DNA of 64,000 nucleotides, taken from an uncultured Acidobacteriota bacterium. GTDB lineage: Bacteria; Acidobacteriota; UBA6911. A model generated the notes under the pieces. That model had not been told where the DNA came from. It saw only the letters and a program-made list of their open reading frames with translations, and made no database searches. Below are positions 49,032 through 58,362 of this stretch, in pieces; position 1 is the stretch's first letter; every line of letters begins with the position of its first letter. Both the position numbers and the translations under genes were made by a program. The DNA lies in assembly GCA_963809485.1 (NCBI GenBank), contig CAWEJX010000006.1:128001-192000 (forward strand), written 5' to 3'.

Positions 49032-50183
49032 ATGGCAAGGAATATTGTAGTGTGCTGTGACGGCACCGGCAACGAATACGGAGACAATAATACAAACGTT
49101 CTCAAGCTTTATTCCATCCTGCCCAAAAATGACGACGGGCAAATATCGTTTTATGATCCCGGCGTCGGCACTTACGCACTCCCTGCAACGCTTACAAAAG
49201 CCGTCAGGTCCGCTGCGAAAATCCTGGGTTTGGCTTTCGGGCGGGGGATTACGGCCAACATCGCCGATGCCTACCGGTTTCTGATGCGGACCTATGAACG
49301 CGGCGACCGTGTGTTTCTGTTCGGGTTCAGCCGCGGCGCATACACGGTCCGCGCCGTAGCGGCGATGCTGTATAAATGCGGGCTTCTGGATCAGCGGAAC
49401 GACAACCTGCTGCCCTGCGCGCTCAACCTCTTCAGGCATGAAATGCGGCCCAGGATTTATGCCGGATTCCGCCGCACCTTTTCCAGGCAATGTCCCGTTC
49501 ACTTTTTAGGAATATGGGATACGGTGAAATCCGTGGGCTGGATCTATGACCCGCTTACGCTTCAATTCACCAGAAGCAATCCCTGCGTGCGGGTCGTGAG
49601 GCACGCCGTAGCCATCGACGAGCGGCGATGTTTCTATCGACAGAACCTGTGGGGCTCGCCCGATGCGGGACAGGATGTGAAGCAGGCGTGGTTCGCCGGC
49701 TCGCATTCGGACGTCGGGGGGTCCTACCCCGAAAGGGAAAGCGGCCTTTCCCAGATTGCGCTGCAGTGGATGATAGAAGAAGCGATGCGCTGCGGGCTTG
49801 CGACCGACCGCAAACGGTATGAGACCGTGGTGCCGCGGACGGCTTCCACTGCGGAATACAGGACGGATGACGAGGATCAGGAAACCGAGTTTCACAGCCC
49901 TCCGGACTTCCGCGGCCCGATTCACGAATCCCTCAGAGGCTTCTGGTGGATCCCCGAATTCATCCCGAAGATGTATTTCGATCCGCGCGATGAGTACCGC
50001 AGAAAACTCATGATTCCGCGGGGCAGGAGACGCTGGATTCCCGAGGGTTCGGTTATTCACGAATCGGTGCTGCGTCGCATGCGGGACCCAGCGATGAACT
50101 ATCATCCTCCCAACCTGCCCAGGCAATACCAGGTGATCCCAAACACGGCGGAGTCCGGCGCCGCGGCAGAAAGCCTGTCTTGA
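49032..50183 (+). CDS. DUF2235 (Tle1-like) alpha/beta hydrolase
   Basis: CCDGTGN, TNV, YDPGVGT, FGFSRGA, GIWDTV, HAVAIDE.R and WFAG.HSDVGG motifs. Confidence 0.9.
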   Translation: MARNIVVCCDGTGNEYGDNNTNVLKLYSILPKNDDGQISFYDPGVGTYALPATLTKAVRSAAKILGLAFGRGITANIADAYRFLMRTYERGDRVFLFGFSRGAYTVRAVAAMLYKCGLLDQRNDNLLPCALNLFRHEMRPRIYAGFRRTFSRQCPVHFLGIWDTVKSVGWIYDPLTLQFTRSNPCVRVVRHAVAIDERRCFYRQNLWGSPDAGQDVKQAWFAGSHSDVGGSYPERESGLSQIALQWMIEEAMRCGLATDRKRYETVVPRTASTAEYRTDDEDQETEFHSPPDFRGPIHESLRGFWWIPEFIPKMYFDPRDEYRRKLMIPRGRRRWIPEGSVIHESVLRRMRDPAMNYHPPNLPRQYQVIPNTAESGAAAESLS

Positions 50184-50244
50184 AACAACCAGCCGCGAAT
50201 CGATGCAAATTTGGTATGAGTGAAACCGGCGGCACCATTTTGGG

Positions 50245-50457
50245 CTACGGGAAAATCAGCCTGTGAAGCCGGTGGAGGCAATAAATCAAAAACAGGATTT
50301 GTGCAGCAATTATGACCCGGTACAATGCCGGCTTTGGCCTTTTTGCAGCGCCGCTCGCCTCGGCTTGGGCTTTCATTTTGGGTATACCGAAGAGGATCTG
50401 ATATAAAACCCAGGCTCCCATACCGCAAAGCGCAACCAGGACCAGAATGAATTCCAT
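50245..50457 (-). CDS. Small two-TM membrane protein
   Basis: Two hydrophobic segments. Co-oriented, 55 bp downstream of the ESCRT-like cluster. Confidence 0.55.
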   Translation of the reverse strand: MEFILVLVALCGMGAWVLYQILFGIPKMKAQAEASGAAKRPKPALYRVIIAAQILFLIYCLHRLHRLIFP

Positions 50458-50512
50458 AGATTTTGCACGGTAGAATCCTGCGGATCCTACCCCGGAATTG
50501 ATTGGCGCAAAC

Positions 50513-51937
50513 TCAGCCCGCAACCGGTGGAAGAGGCTTCACGGGAGTCTGGGCGGAGCGAGCCGACGTGATATCAATGGCACATTGGAAGTCATCAGGC
50601 TTCTCCAGAAGCAGTTCCATGCCTTGGGCTATGCATTCATCGAAGCTTTTAGGCACGCTGGCCGTGAATGTGGTCGAATTCATCGGAATCCAGTCGCCGC
50701 TCGATACCAGGGCCGCTGCAGCCCGATGATCGTGAAGGACAGGGCTGTTGAGCATTTTCTCCTGTGTCCACACGCCGAAGAAAGCATGACCCCGGATTAT
50801 GAAGACGAGAGGGTGAAGCCCTATTCTTTCCAGACACGATGCGCAAAGAACCGCAAGGTCGAGGCAGGTCCCGTGGCGATGCTCGAGTATCTGCTCGGGG
50901 AAAAAGATCTTTTGCCACAATGTAAAACTTCCGTCCGGCAGCTTTTCCCCCCGCTCGAAGCTGGCCGGAGGATTGATATAACCCAGCTGCAGGTCCTCCT
51001 GAAGAACCAGGTAGAGGGCTCCGATCATCTCGAGTGCTTTTTCGGGGCTTCCGCTCTGATAACCGCTCAGGCTGGCGTCGTGACGCTCGCGCCGAAGGCG
51101 TGCCTGTGCCAGGGAAACGATTTTTTCGACGGCAACAGAATTCGGTTGTACGAAGCAGGCGAGGGTTTGGGCAATAGCCGGGTGGTAATACCAGTCGTTA
51201 TAGGCAAGTACCTCAATGGGCAGGGTCTCGGAATACTGCAGGGAACCTTCCGTGTAGACATCCGCGCGCAACCCTGCTCTTTCAGCTTCGCGAACCTCCT
51301 GCAGCCGGCTCCTGTTCAGAGGGATCACGATATCAGATTCGGTGTGCGTGCCTCCCGGTGAGACAGAGGGCACGCTCTTCTGCCAGGGTTCGCCGTAATC
51401 AGGCGCCACCCAGGCTTTTATCAGAAGGTCGTGGGCAGGTTCCGCCGAGGTATTTCGGACAGCAAGGGAACGGATGAGCGGCAGCCCTGCGTGAGTCAGC
51501 GCATAGCTCAAGCGGGGAAGCATCTGAATCTGGACCTCAAGGTTGCGTGTTGTCACTTGTTCCAACGATGGACGCTGTACGGTTCGGGAAAGCCCGGCCG
51601 CGTCCGCTGCCGGCAGTCTGGATTCCGGAAATGCAGCGGGCGTGCCGCGATCCTGCCGGTCAGACATCTGGGTGCGGAAGTCGGGCAAGCCCGGCATGGA
51701 GCTGTCCAGATCCGAAATGGAGGAGTTTGCCTCGCGCAGGGCGTCAGACAACTCTCTCTGGATGTCCTTGAGGATACCGCTCCTCTGTTGCCGAAGCACG
51801 TCGCGCACTCCGTGCACGCTGCTCTGAAGGTTTTTGCTCTCTCCTTTTTCAGGGAGGGGGGCCGGCAGCGGTTTGCCGCAGTTCTGACAAAACTTTCCCC
51901 CGCCGCCTTCTTCGTTGCAGTTTGGGCATAAAGCCAT
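50513..51937 (-). CDS. Zinc-ribbon plus transglutaminase/papain-like domain protein
   Basis: N-terminal CPNC..KFCQNCG. C-terminal Y.NPPASFE..QKI..P..IL....GTCLD....ASCLE.IGLHP....GHAF.GVW. Confidence 0.75.
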   Translation of the reverse strand: MALCPNCNEEGGGGKFCQNCGKPLPAPLPEKGESKNLQSSVHGVRDVLRQQRSGILKDIQRELSDALREANSSISDLDSSMPGLPDFRTQMSDRQDRGTPAAFPESRLPAADAAGLSRTVQRPSLEQVTTRNLEVQIQMLPRLSYALTHAGLPLIRSLAVRNTSAEPAHDLLIKAWVAPDYGEPWQKSVPSVSPGGTHTESDIVIPLNRSRLQEVREAERAGLRADVYTEGSLQYSETLPIEVLAYNDWYYHPAIAQTLACFVQPNSVAVEKIVSLAQARLRRERHDASLSGYQSGSPEKALEMIGALYLVLQEDLQLGYINPPASFERGEKLPDGSFTLWQKIFFPEQILEHRHGTCLDLAVLCASCLERIGLHPLVFIIRGHAFFGVWTQEKMLNSPVLHDHRAAAALVSSGDWIPMNSTTFTASVPKSFDECIAQGMELLLEKPDDFQCAIDITSARSAQTPVKPLPPVAG

Positions 51938-51960
51938 AATTCGCTGCCTCCTCTGTGGAC

Positions 51961-54018
51961 CTAATCGAAGAATTTGTGGCCGCAGTTTTCGCAGAATTTG
52001 CTGCCTTCAAGGGTTTCTGCGTGGCAATTCGGGCATACGGTCAGGCGTCCGCCCGAGCCTGAGGCGGACCCGGTCTGAACCATTCCACCTGCTCCCATGC
52101 CCGGAGTTATCACCGTCATCCCCGGCTGCGTGGCCCGCGTCGCCGCCATGGCAGTATCTCTCTGCGTTTCCATTCCCTTGGTGTACATTTCCTGCATCAT
52201 CTGGGCATACTGGCGGCTCATTTCCTTCAGGTCCGCCGTCCCCTGGTCCTTCATGGCCAGCATCCGGTCATAGACTCGCTGGATGTCCGCCGCCGAAGCA
52301 TTCTTGAACTTCTCCTGGAAAGCCTGTGCGACGGCGCCGCTTTTTTCGGCAGCCATGGCCAGGATCTGGTCTTCGCTGAATCCCTTGAGCGCTTCCGTGC
52401 GCTTGAGCTCCGCCAGCATCGCCGCCCGGTCTGCCGGTGCGGCGGCAATCAATGCCTCCGTCGACAAGGTGGATAGGGCCTGTATCTTTACCAGCTCCTG
52501 TTGGTGCCGTTGTGCTTCCGCTTTCATCTCGATTTCGGATACGCCGGCACGGGCCCGCAACTGACGCTCGATCTCCCGATCGGCATCCATCTGTTTTCTT
52601 TCCTTCATGAGATCCACCAGCTTCAGGCCGTCCGTTGCCTCCTGCATATCCAGCTCCTGTTCGGTCTGCCGCTCCAGGCGCTTTGCTTCAACCCGCTGCT
52701 TGATCGCCGCCCACTCCTGGGATTGGCGCGTCTCCATCTCCTTGCGGGATGCTTCCAGGCGGTGATCTAGCTGTGCCATTTCCTCGTCTCTCGTTGCATC
52801 CGTGATCGTGCGCTGCAAGGACAGCTTGCCAAGCATCTCGGCCTTCTGGAGCTCCGCCTGTTGCTCCAGCTTCAGCCGCTGTATCAGATGCTGGCGCAAT
52901 TGATCGTGATCTTCCTGTTTTTCGCTGAATTCACGCTGCAGCGTCTCATACTCGTCCTTGCGAAGGAACTTCTCCCTGTCCATTTCCATCATGAACTTCT
53001 CGAAATCGTCGTCGCTGCGGACTTTATCCATGCGATCGGATGCAACCGCCTTCCGCATCCGTTCGTAAACCCTGGCGCGCTCTTCGAACACATCCAGTTC
53101 CATGGCTGCCTTGGCGGTCTCCTGATCCAGGAGCTTGCGTTCGAGTCCGATGGTCTGGGCTCCCGCAAGCTGGGCCTCGAGGTCCTGGGCGTGCAGCCAG
53201 TATTCTTCCTTCTTTCCTGTCAATTCGTTCATGCGCGGATGCCGGAAATCAAAAATGCGCACATTGAGGAACGAAAGCCCTTTGCGGTCGAATGTTTTGG
53301 CCAGGTGCTGGGCGACGCCCTTTTCCATCTGCTGTTTGAAGGCAATGTCGGAGGAGAGCTCCAGCAAAGAGCGGCTCCGGATAAATTCCTGCAGGCAATT
53401 GTGCAGCTCCCCTTCCAGGAAGCTTTTGAGTTCGGCCAGCGGATAGTTTTGCCGGCTCTTCATCATGTTTTCGAAAAACTGCGTCGGATTGTCCATCTGC
53501 GCAACAAGGCGCGCATCGGCTGTAAGCCGGACCGGATCGCGCGTCAGCAGATCGGAAAACGAAAAAGGCAGCTCGATGTCGCCCGTATCGACCAGTACCG
53601 CCGTCGTAGTTTTCGAATTAAAGACATTCTTGATCTTTTGCAGCAGGCCGCCCATGTCATAGCGGCCCGGGTCAAGAATGCCCGATACCGCCCCGTTCAC
53701 GAAGAAAATGGCTTTCGTGCCGGCTTCAACAATCAGCCCACGTTTGAAGAATCCCTCGACATCGTCGACTTCCACTTTGGTAGCGAAGTCCTCGACTCGC
53801 CGGGCCCAACGATTGCCGGTCAGGGTGGGAGCGGCGCTTTCCGCGAGCGGCTTGCCGCAGTTGCCGCAGAACTTTTTATCTGCCGGAACCACGGCTCCGC
53901 AATTGTTGCACTTGATTTCCGATCCGGGCAGCCGTTCGCCGCAGCTTCCACAAAATCTGGAACCGGACTTGTTGGTGGCGTGGCATTTGGGACATTCGGT
54001 CTGAAATAATGGAACCAT
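51961..54018 (-). CDS. Double zinc-ribbon plus SPFH/Band-7 plus coiled-coil plus zinc-ribbon protein
   Basis: CPKC..FCGSCG and CNNCG..FCGNCG ribbons, LIVEAGTKAIFFVNG...LDPGRY (SPFH start), a long charged coiled coil and terminal CPNC..FCENCG. Start placed at ATG 54018. Confidence 0.82.
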   Translation of the reverse strand: MVPLFQTECPKCHATNKSGSRFCGSCGERLPGSEIKCNNCGAVVPADKKFCGNCGKPLAESAAPTLTGNRWARRVEDFATKVEVDDVEGFFKRGLIVEAGTKAIFFVNGAVSGILDPGRYDMGGLLQKIKNVFNSKTTTAVLVDTGDIELPFSFSDLLTRDPVRLTADARLVAQMDNPTQFFENMMKSRQNYPLAELKSFLEGELHNCLQEFIRSRSLLELSSDIAFKQQMEKGVAQHLAKTFDRKGLSFLNVRIFDFRHPRMNELTGKKEEYWLHAQDLEAQLAGAQTIGLERKLLDQETAKAAMELDVFEERARVYERMRKAVASDRMDKVRSDDDFEKFMMEMDREKFLRKDEYETLQREFSEKQEDHDQLRQHLIQRLKLEQQAELQKAEMLGKLSLQRTITDATRDEEMAQLDHRLEASRKEMETRQSQEWAAIKQRVEAKRLERQTEQELDMQEATDGLKLVDLMKERKQMDADREIERQLRARAGVSEIEMKAEAQRHQQELVKIQALSTLSTEALIAAAPADRAAMLAELKRTEALKGFSEDQILAMAAEKSGAVAQAFQEKFKNASAADIQRVYDRMLAMKDQGTADLKEMSRQYAQMMQEMYTKGMETQRDTAMAATRATQPGMTVITPGMGAGGMVQTGSASGSGGRLTVCPNCHAETLEGSKFCENCGHKFFD

Positions 54019-54133
54019 GGCGAGTCTCCAAGATAGATGCTCAGTCCAACTGCAGCATGGAAACAGAGCAGTCATTTAATGGCCAGGGAACGAAAATTGA
54101 TGCAATCGAGCAAATACCCGTGGCCTGATATTA

Positions 54134-55744
54134 TCATGGCTTGAGCCCCTGTGTTCTTGGAATCTGAGGGATCCGCACAGTAATTTGGGCGGCGGAGCCT
54201 CCCAGCAATTCGATCGGCAGCGACCGGGAACCCAGAGGAAGCATGCTTGCCTCGCCCGGGCGAATTTCCTGCACCAGCCGGCGGCTTCCCGGCGAGCCCT
54301 GAACCTCAAAAAAAGCCTTGCAGGACGATTCTTTAAGCCAGAAAAAACCATGACGGCGGGTTCCTATGCGTGTGAGGCGGATGTGCCATAAATTTTCACC
54401 GTCAAAGCTCCGCCAGCCTTCTCCCACTTTCAAAGTGTGTTCCCCTTGCAGTCCCGCAAAAGGATCAAATATGGAAAACTCGATACCGCCATCGCGGGCA
54501 ATGGAGGATAGCACCTCCTCGGGCGCACGGAAGGGCTTCTGCCTGGCCTGAAGGATTCTCCGGATCTGCTCCCTTTCCTGAGGTGAAAAGGGTGAATTGG
54601 AAGAGCCGAGGACATTGCTTTCAAAGACCTCGCACAGCCTTGCGGTCAGTTCCTCGGAGCTCTGCTGCGAAATCATAGTATTTTCCAGCACCTGTTTCAG
54701 AATCAGATATTTTTTGCGGGAGATTTCGATCTTGCCTCGCAGCTCGTCAATCTCTTTCTGCTCCAGCTCCATGCGCAAGGTTTTCTCTTTGAGAGCCTGG
54801 TCTTTTTGCAGTGCGCGTACAACCTCATCAAAATGCTCTGCGTCCTCGATCTCGCGAAGTTTTCCCGCAAGGATCTCCTGGCGCCAGGCTCCGCGCAATC
54901 GGCTGATTTCCAATTCCGCTGCCAGTTTGCTCTTCTCCTGGGAAGCTTGTTCGAGTTTCTCATAAAGACTATCCAGGAATTCGCTGCGCAGCCTCGCCCG
55001 GAAAACTCGAACCAGTTCAAGCCCCGAATCCTCCGATGCCCTTGGGAGCCAGATGGATGCTTTTTCCATGCATGCGGATTCCATCCCCCGTGCCCCAACG
55101 ATGTCTTCACCGGAAAGTGAGGCCGCCCACTCTCGTGCCTCAGCCTGCAGGCCCTCGACGAGCTTGCCCCTGAATCCGGACGGCATCAGCGATGCGAGGT
55201 CTTGTGCAATGTCGATAAGCCTGTCCGGCCGCAATCGGAAGCACGCGTGGATCTGCAGGGAGAGCTGGCAATGGTCGGCGGCAAATAGGGGCTCGATGCA
55301 GAGTTCAAGCGGGAATTCGGCCTGGTTATACAGTACGGCCCTGGCATCGCTGTTGAGCCCTTTCCGGCCGGCAATCCTGTCGAGTGCTTTTGAACCATGT
55401 CGCCCGCCGGCAAGCCGCTCCTGAACGACGCATGCGTGCACAATCGCACATCGCCAGCCTTTGGGGACTACGAGGCCGCGTCTGGCTGTGTCCCACTCCA
55501 CCTGCCGAACAAGCGGTTCTTCCGCGGCGGAAACCCTTTGAGTCTCCTGCCTGGCTGCCTTCTCATCCTGCGGCCGCCCGGCTGTGGTCCCTCCAAAGCC
55601 GAAGATCTTCGCTGCCGGTTTCCGGATTTTTCGCGCAAAGCCGAGCAAAAGAGTAGTTGTAACGGCGCAGGTGAACGGTTTCCAGTAATCCCGTAGCCAT
55701 TCCAAAAGAGAAACCAGAAAGGAGCCCTCAGCCGGGAGTGCCAT
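54134..55744 (-). CDS. Membrane-anchored divergent SPFH-like coiled-coil protein
   Basis: N-terminal hydrophobic segment, GLVVPKGW.CAIV (SPFH-like), SGLELVRV, then a coiled coil. Layout parallels the neighbouring SPFH protein. Confidence 0.6.
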   Translation of the reverse strand: MALPAEGSFLVSLLEWLRDYWKPFTCAVTTTLLLGFARKIRKPAAKIFGFGGTTAGRPQDEKAARQETQRVSAAEEPLVRQVEWDTARRGLVVPKGWRCAIVHACVVQERLAGGRHGSKALDRIAGRKGLNSDARAVLYNQAEFPLELCIEPLFAADHCQLSLQIHACFRLRPDRLIDIAQDLASLMPSGFRGKLVEGLQAEAREWAASLSGEDIVGARGMESACMEKASIWLPRASEDSGLELVRVFRARLRSEFLDSLYEKLEQASQEKSKLAAELEISRLRGAWRQEILAGKLREIEDAEHFDEVVRALQKDQALKEKTLRMELEQKEIDELRGKIEISRKKYLILKQVLENTMISQQSSEELTARLCEVFESNVLGSSNSPFSPQEREQIRRILQARQKPFRAPEEVLSSIARDGGIEFSIFDPFAGLQGEHTLKVGEGWRSFDGENLWHIRLTRIGTRRHGFFWLKESSCKAFFEVQGSPGSRRLVQEIRPGEASMLPLGSRSLPIELLGGSAAQITVRIPQIPRTQGLKP

Positions 55745-55836
55745 ATATCCAGGTGCCTCTATTTGTCAGCCTTCGTTTTTGGATAGCGGCCGTTAACCAT
55801 CGTGATTTTGCCAAATGCTTCCTGGGAAGCCATGGG

Positions 55837-57048
55837 TCAGTTGCTTCGCGCGAATTCCTGAAAGCGGGATTCAAGCTTCCTGCCCCGCGCGGCATCCACA
55901 CGGATGCGATCGAATGCCGTATCAAAATCGTTTTTGTTGAGCGGACGCGTCCTGATCCGGTACCCCTGTATTTTCTCCCTGCCCCCGTCCACGCATCGAG
56001 GGATATCCCCGTTCAGGTCTTCCACCATGATGTTCACCGCCTGGTTCGTAAGCCTTTCAAGATCCCTCCCGCTAAACCATTCTGTACGCCTGACAATATC
56101 GTCGAGCGCATAATCCAGCGCATGTCCTTCCTTGAGGATCAGGATATCCAGGATGGACCGGCGGGCTTGATCGTCGGGAAGAGGAATGTAGATCCGTTTC
56201 TGGAACCGGCTCAGCACTGCGTCGTCAAGATCCCAGGGCGCGTTGGTGGCGGCGATGGTCAGAACGAAACGGTCTTCGCCCTTGTCGGCGAGGCCGTCCA
56301 GTTCCGACAGAATGGTGGACAATACCCTGCGCTCGGCTCCGGATTCGGAACCCTCTCCTCGCGGAAGGCAAAGGGATTCCACCTCGTCGATGAAGACAAC
56401 GGCGAAACCTTCATCCGCTTCGCTTCGCGCCGCATCGAAAAGAGCCGTGATCAGCTTGGACGATTCGCCAAAATATTTCGAAAGCAGACTGCCGGATTTG
56501 ACGTTGAAAAAGGTTGCACCAAGCCCGTTGCTGGTGGCGGCGGCAAGCAGCGTTTTTCCCGTCCCGGGCGGTCCGTAAAAAAGGATCCGGCGCCAGCCTT
56601 CGAGCTTCACTCCTTCGGGCTTCTGCGCAAGGGCAAGTCCGTAAGTGAATTTGATTTCCCGCTTGGTTTCCTCCAGTCCGCCGATCTGGTCCCAGGTTAC
56701 TTTGGACCGATGGATCATCGCCGCGATGTCGCGTGTGTATTCCCCGCGTTCTCCCGATTCCGGCTCCCGCAGGTCTTTGGGCGCAATCGGGGGCGACGGT
56801 TTCGCGGCGATCCTTCTTTTGCCTGATTTCAAGGCCTCGGCAATAGCAAGGTACTGCGCGGCTTTCTGCCTGCGCCGTTGCTCATCCTCACGCGTCAGCG
56901 CATAGTCGGCGTACGTTTTCATCAATTTGGCTGCTGCCACATAAGCAGCCGCGGCCTCAGCCCCATTGTTTTCCGCTTCCAGGGACCTTGCCTCAGCCAA
57001 AGCTTTATCGAGCGACATCTTCACGGCGCCGCTGAGATCGACCTTCAT
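55837..57048 (-). CDS. Vps4/CdvC-like AAA+ ATPase with N-terminal MIT domain
   Basis: MIT-like A..LE...N..EA...Y..AA.L...RQKAAQYLAIAEALK. VTWDQIGGLEE.K, ILFYGPPGTGKT, LLSKYFGESSKL, FIDEVESL and AATNAPWDLD.A..SRFQKRIYIPLPD. Single AAA module. Confidence 0.85.
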   Translation of the reverse strand: MKVDLSGAVKMSLDKALAEARSLEAENNGAEAAAAYVAAAKLMKTYADYALTREDEQRRRQKAAQYLAIAEALKSGKRRIAAKPSPPIAPKDLREPESGERGEYTRDIAAMIHRSKVTWDQIGGLEETKREIKFTYGLALAQKPEGVKLEGWRRILFYGPPGTGKTLLAAATSNGLGATFFNVKSGSLLSKYFGESSKLITALFDAARSEADEGFAVVFIDEVESLCLPRGEGSESGAERRVLSTILSELDGLADKGEDRFVLTIAATNAPWDLDDAVLSRFQKRIYIPLPDDQARRSILDILILKEGHALDYALDDIVRRTEWFSGRDLERLTNQAVNIMVEDLNGDIPRCVDGGREKIQGYRIRTRPLNKNDFDTAFDRIRVDAARGRKLESRFQEFARSN

Positions 57049-57073
57049 GAATGACTCCCTTCACAGGCGAGGC

Positions 57074-57691
57074 CTATTCGTCCCGGACTTTTTCTGCCTT
57101 GATGGCCCGATTGATTTCCTCCTGATAGCGGTCGAGATCCTCTTCATCCGTGCCGCTTTCTTCTGCTTTTGCCATTTCCCCAATCGCCTTGTCGAACTGA
57201 GCGAACCCGGCGTCCTCCTTGACCTTGCCCCGGGTGACATCGATCTCCGCTTCACCCAGGATCTCCTCCAGCATATCCTGGAAAGCCTCGTCATCCACCT
57301 CGGCTGCGTCGATGGCCTTCTGGATGGAGCTTTCGCGGAAACGCACAATTATGTTCTGGAGGCTTTTGCGGTCCTTTTTCTTCTCCAGCATTTCCATTTT
57401 GCGCAGGAAAGAAGTCAGCGCAGTTTTTGAGAGCGACAGGCGGCGGAGATCCGTGTTGGTATAGCTGTTGTCGATCTCCAGCTGCCGCATCTCCCGGAAA
57501 AGGTCGCGCAGCAACTCCTGCTTTCCGGACCTCTTTGCCGCAACAGCTTCGCGGATCTTCTCCTGTTTGGTGCGCTCACTGACTTCCAGGTCGCGTCGTT
57601 TCTTCTTTTGTTCCCTGTCGATTTCCTTGAGCTGAACCTTGAGATCCGGGGCCGTTGGGGTTTTGCTGAAAAGACTGTTCCAGAAGTTCAT
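57074..57691 (-). CDS. ESCRT-III (Snf7/CdvB)-like helical protein C
   Basis: 205 aa, predicted all-helical. N-terminal amphipathic MNFWNSLFSK, basic hairpin (IREAVAAKRSG), acidic C-half and a terminal amphipathic helix. Confidence 0.6.
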   Translation of the reverse strand: MNFWNSLFSKTPTAPDLKVQLKEIDREQKKKRRDLEVSERTKQEKIREAVAAKRSGKQELLRDLFREMRQLEIDNSYTNTDLRRLSLSKTALTSFLRKMEMLEKKKDRKSLQNIIVRFRESSIQKAIDAAEVDDEAFQDMLEEILGEAEIDVTRGKVKEDAGFAQFDKAIGEMAKAEESGTDEEDLDRYQEEINRAIKAEKVRDE

Positions 57692-57741
57692 GATCTGTTC
57701 TCCTTTGCGTGATACGGTAACTTGGGGACCTGTGTATGCTT

Positions 57742-58353
57742 CTATTCCAGGTCGGCCTCTTTGTGTGTCCGCGGCGGCCGCTCCCGGCTGCTTTCCGGTC
57801 CTGGTCCGATGATTCGATTTTTGATTTCAGCCAGACGCTTTCGTTCGGCGGAATTGTTGACCGCCTCGGGCATCTGTGCGGTATTCTCGCCCGCGAGGCT
57901 CTCCCTTTTGTAAATTTCCAGGTTTTCCTCCACCTCTCCGATGAGCCGGTCAATCTGGTCTTCACTGACGCCGCGCGAGCGCATCGCCTCCATTTCCTGA
58001 ATTTTCGCGATCAGGTTGATGTGGAAATTTACATTCCCGTTATAAATACCTACCAGTTTCTCCAGGCTGTCGCGCTGGTTGCCGTAGCGCTCAATCCGAC
58101 GCAGGATGGTTGCCTCTTCCGTCGGAGAAAGCCCGCCTTTGCGGATCCTGTCCTCTTCCAGGAGCAGGGACTTTTCGAGCGCGATCAGCTGATCCTCGTG
58201 CTCCCTCAGTTCCATTTCATTCCTGCCCCGCTGCGCTTCCAGGCCCTTGAGCAGCTCGCGGGAATTCGCGGCCTTCAGGTATATATCCCGGGCATCATCG
58301 GGAACTTCAGCTCTTTGAAACAGGTTTTTCAGCTTGTCCATGACAGATAGCAT
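57742..58353 (-). CDS. ESCRT-III-like helical protein B
   Basis: 203 aa coiled-coil hairpin with an N-terminal amphipathic MDKLKNLF and a MIM1-like ERKRLAEIK near the C-terminus. Confidence 0.5.
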   Translation of the reverse strand: MLSVMDKLKNLFQRAEVPDDARDIYLKAANSRELLKGLEAQRGRNEMELREHEDQLIALEKSLLLEEDRIRKGGLSPTEEATILRRIERYGNQRDSLEKLVGIYNGNVNFHINLIAKIQEMEAMRSRGVSEDQIDRLIGEVEENLEIYKRESLAGENTAQMPEAVNNSAERKRLAEIKNRIIGPGPESSRERPPRTHKEADLE

Positions 58354-58362
58354 AGCGCCTCC

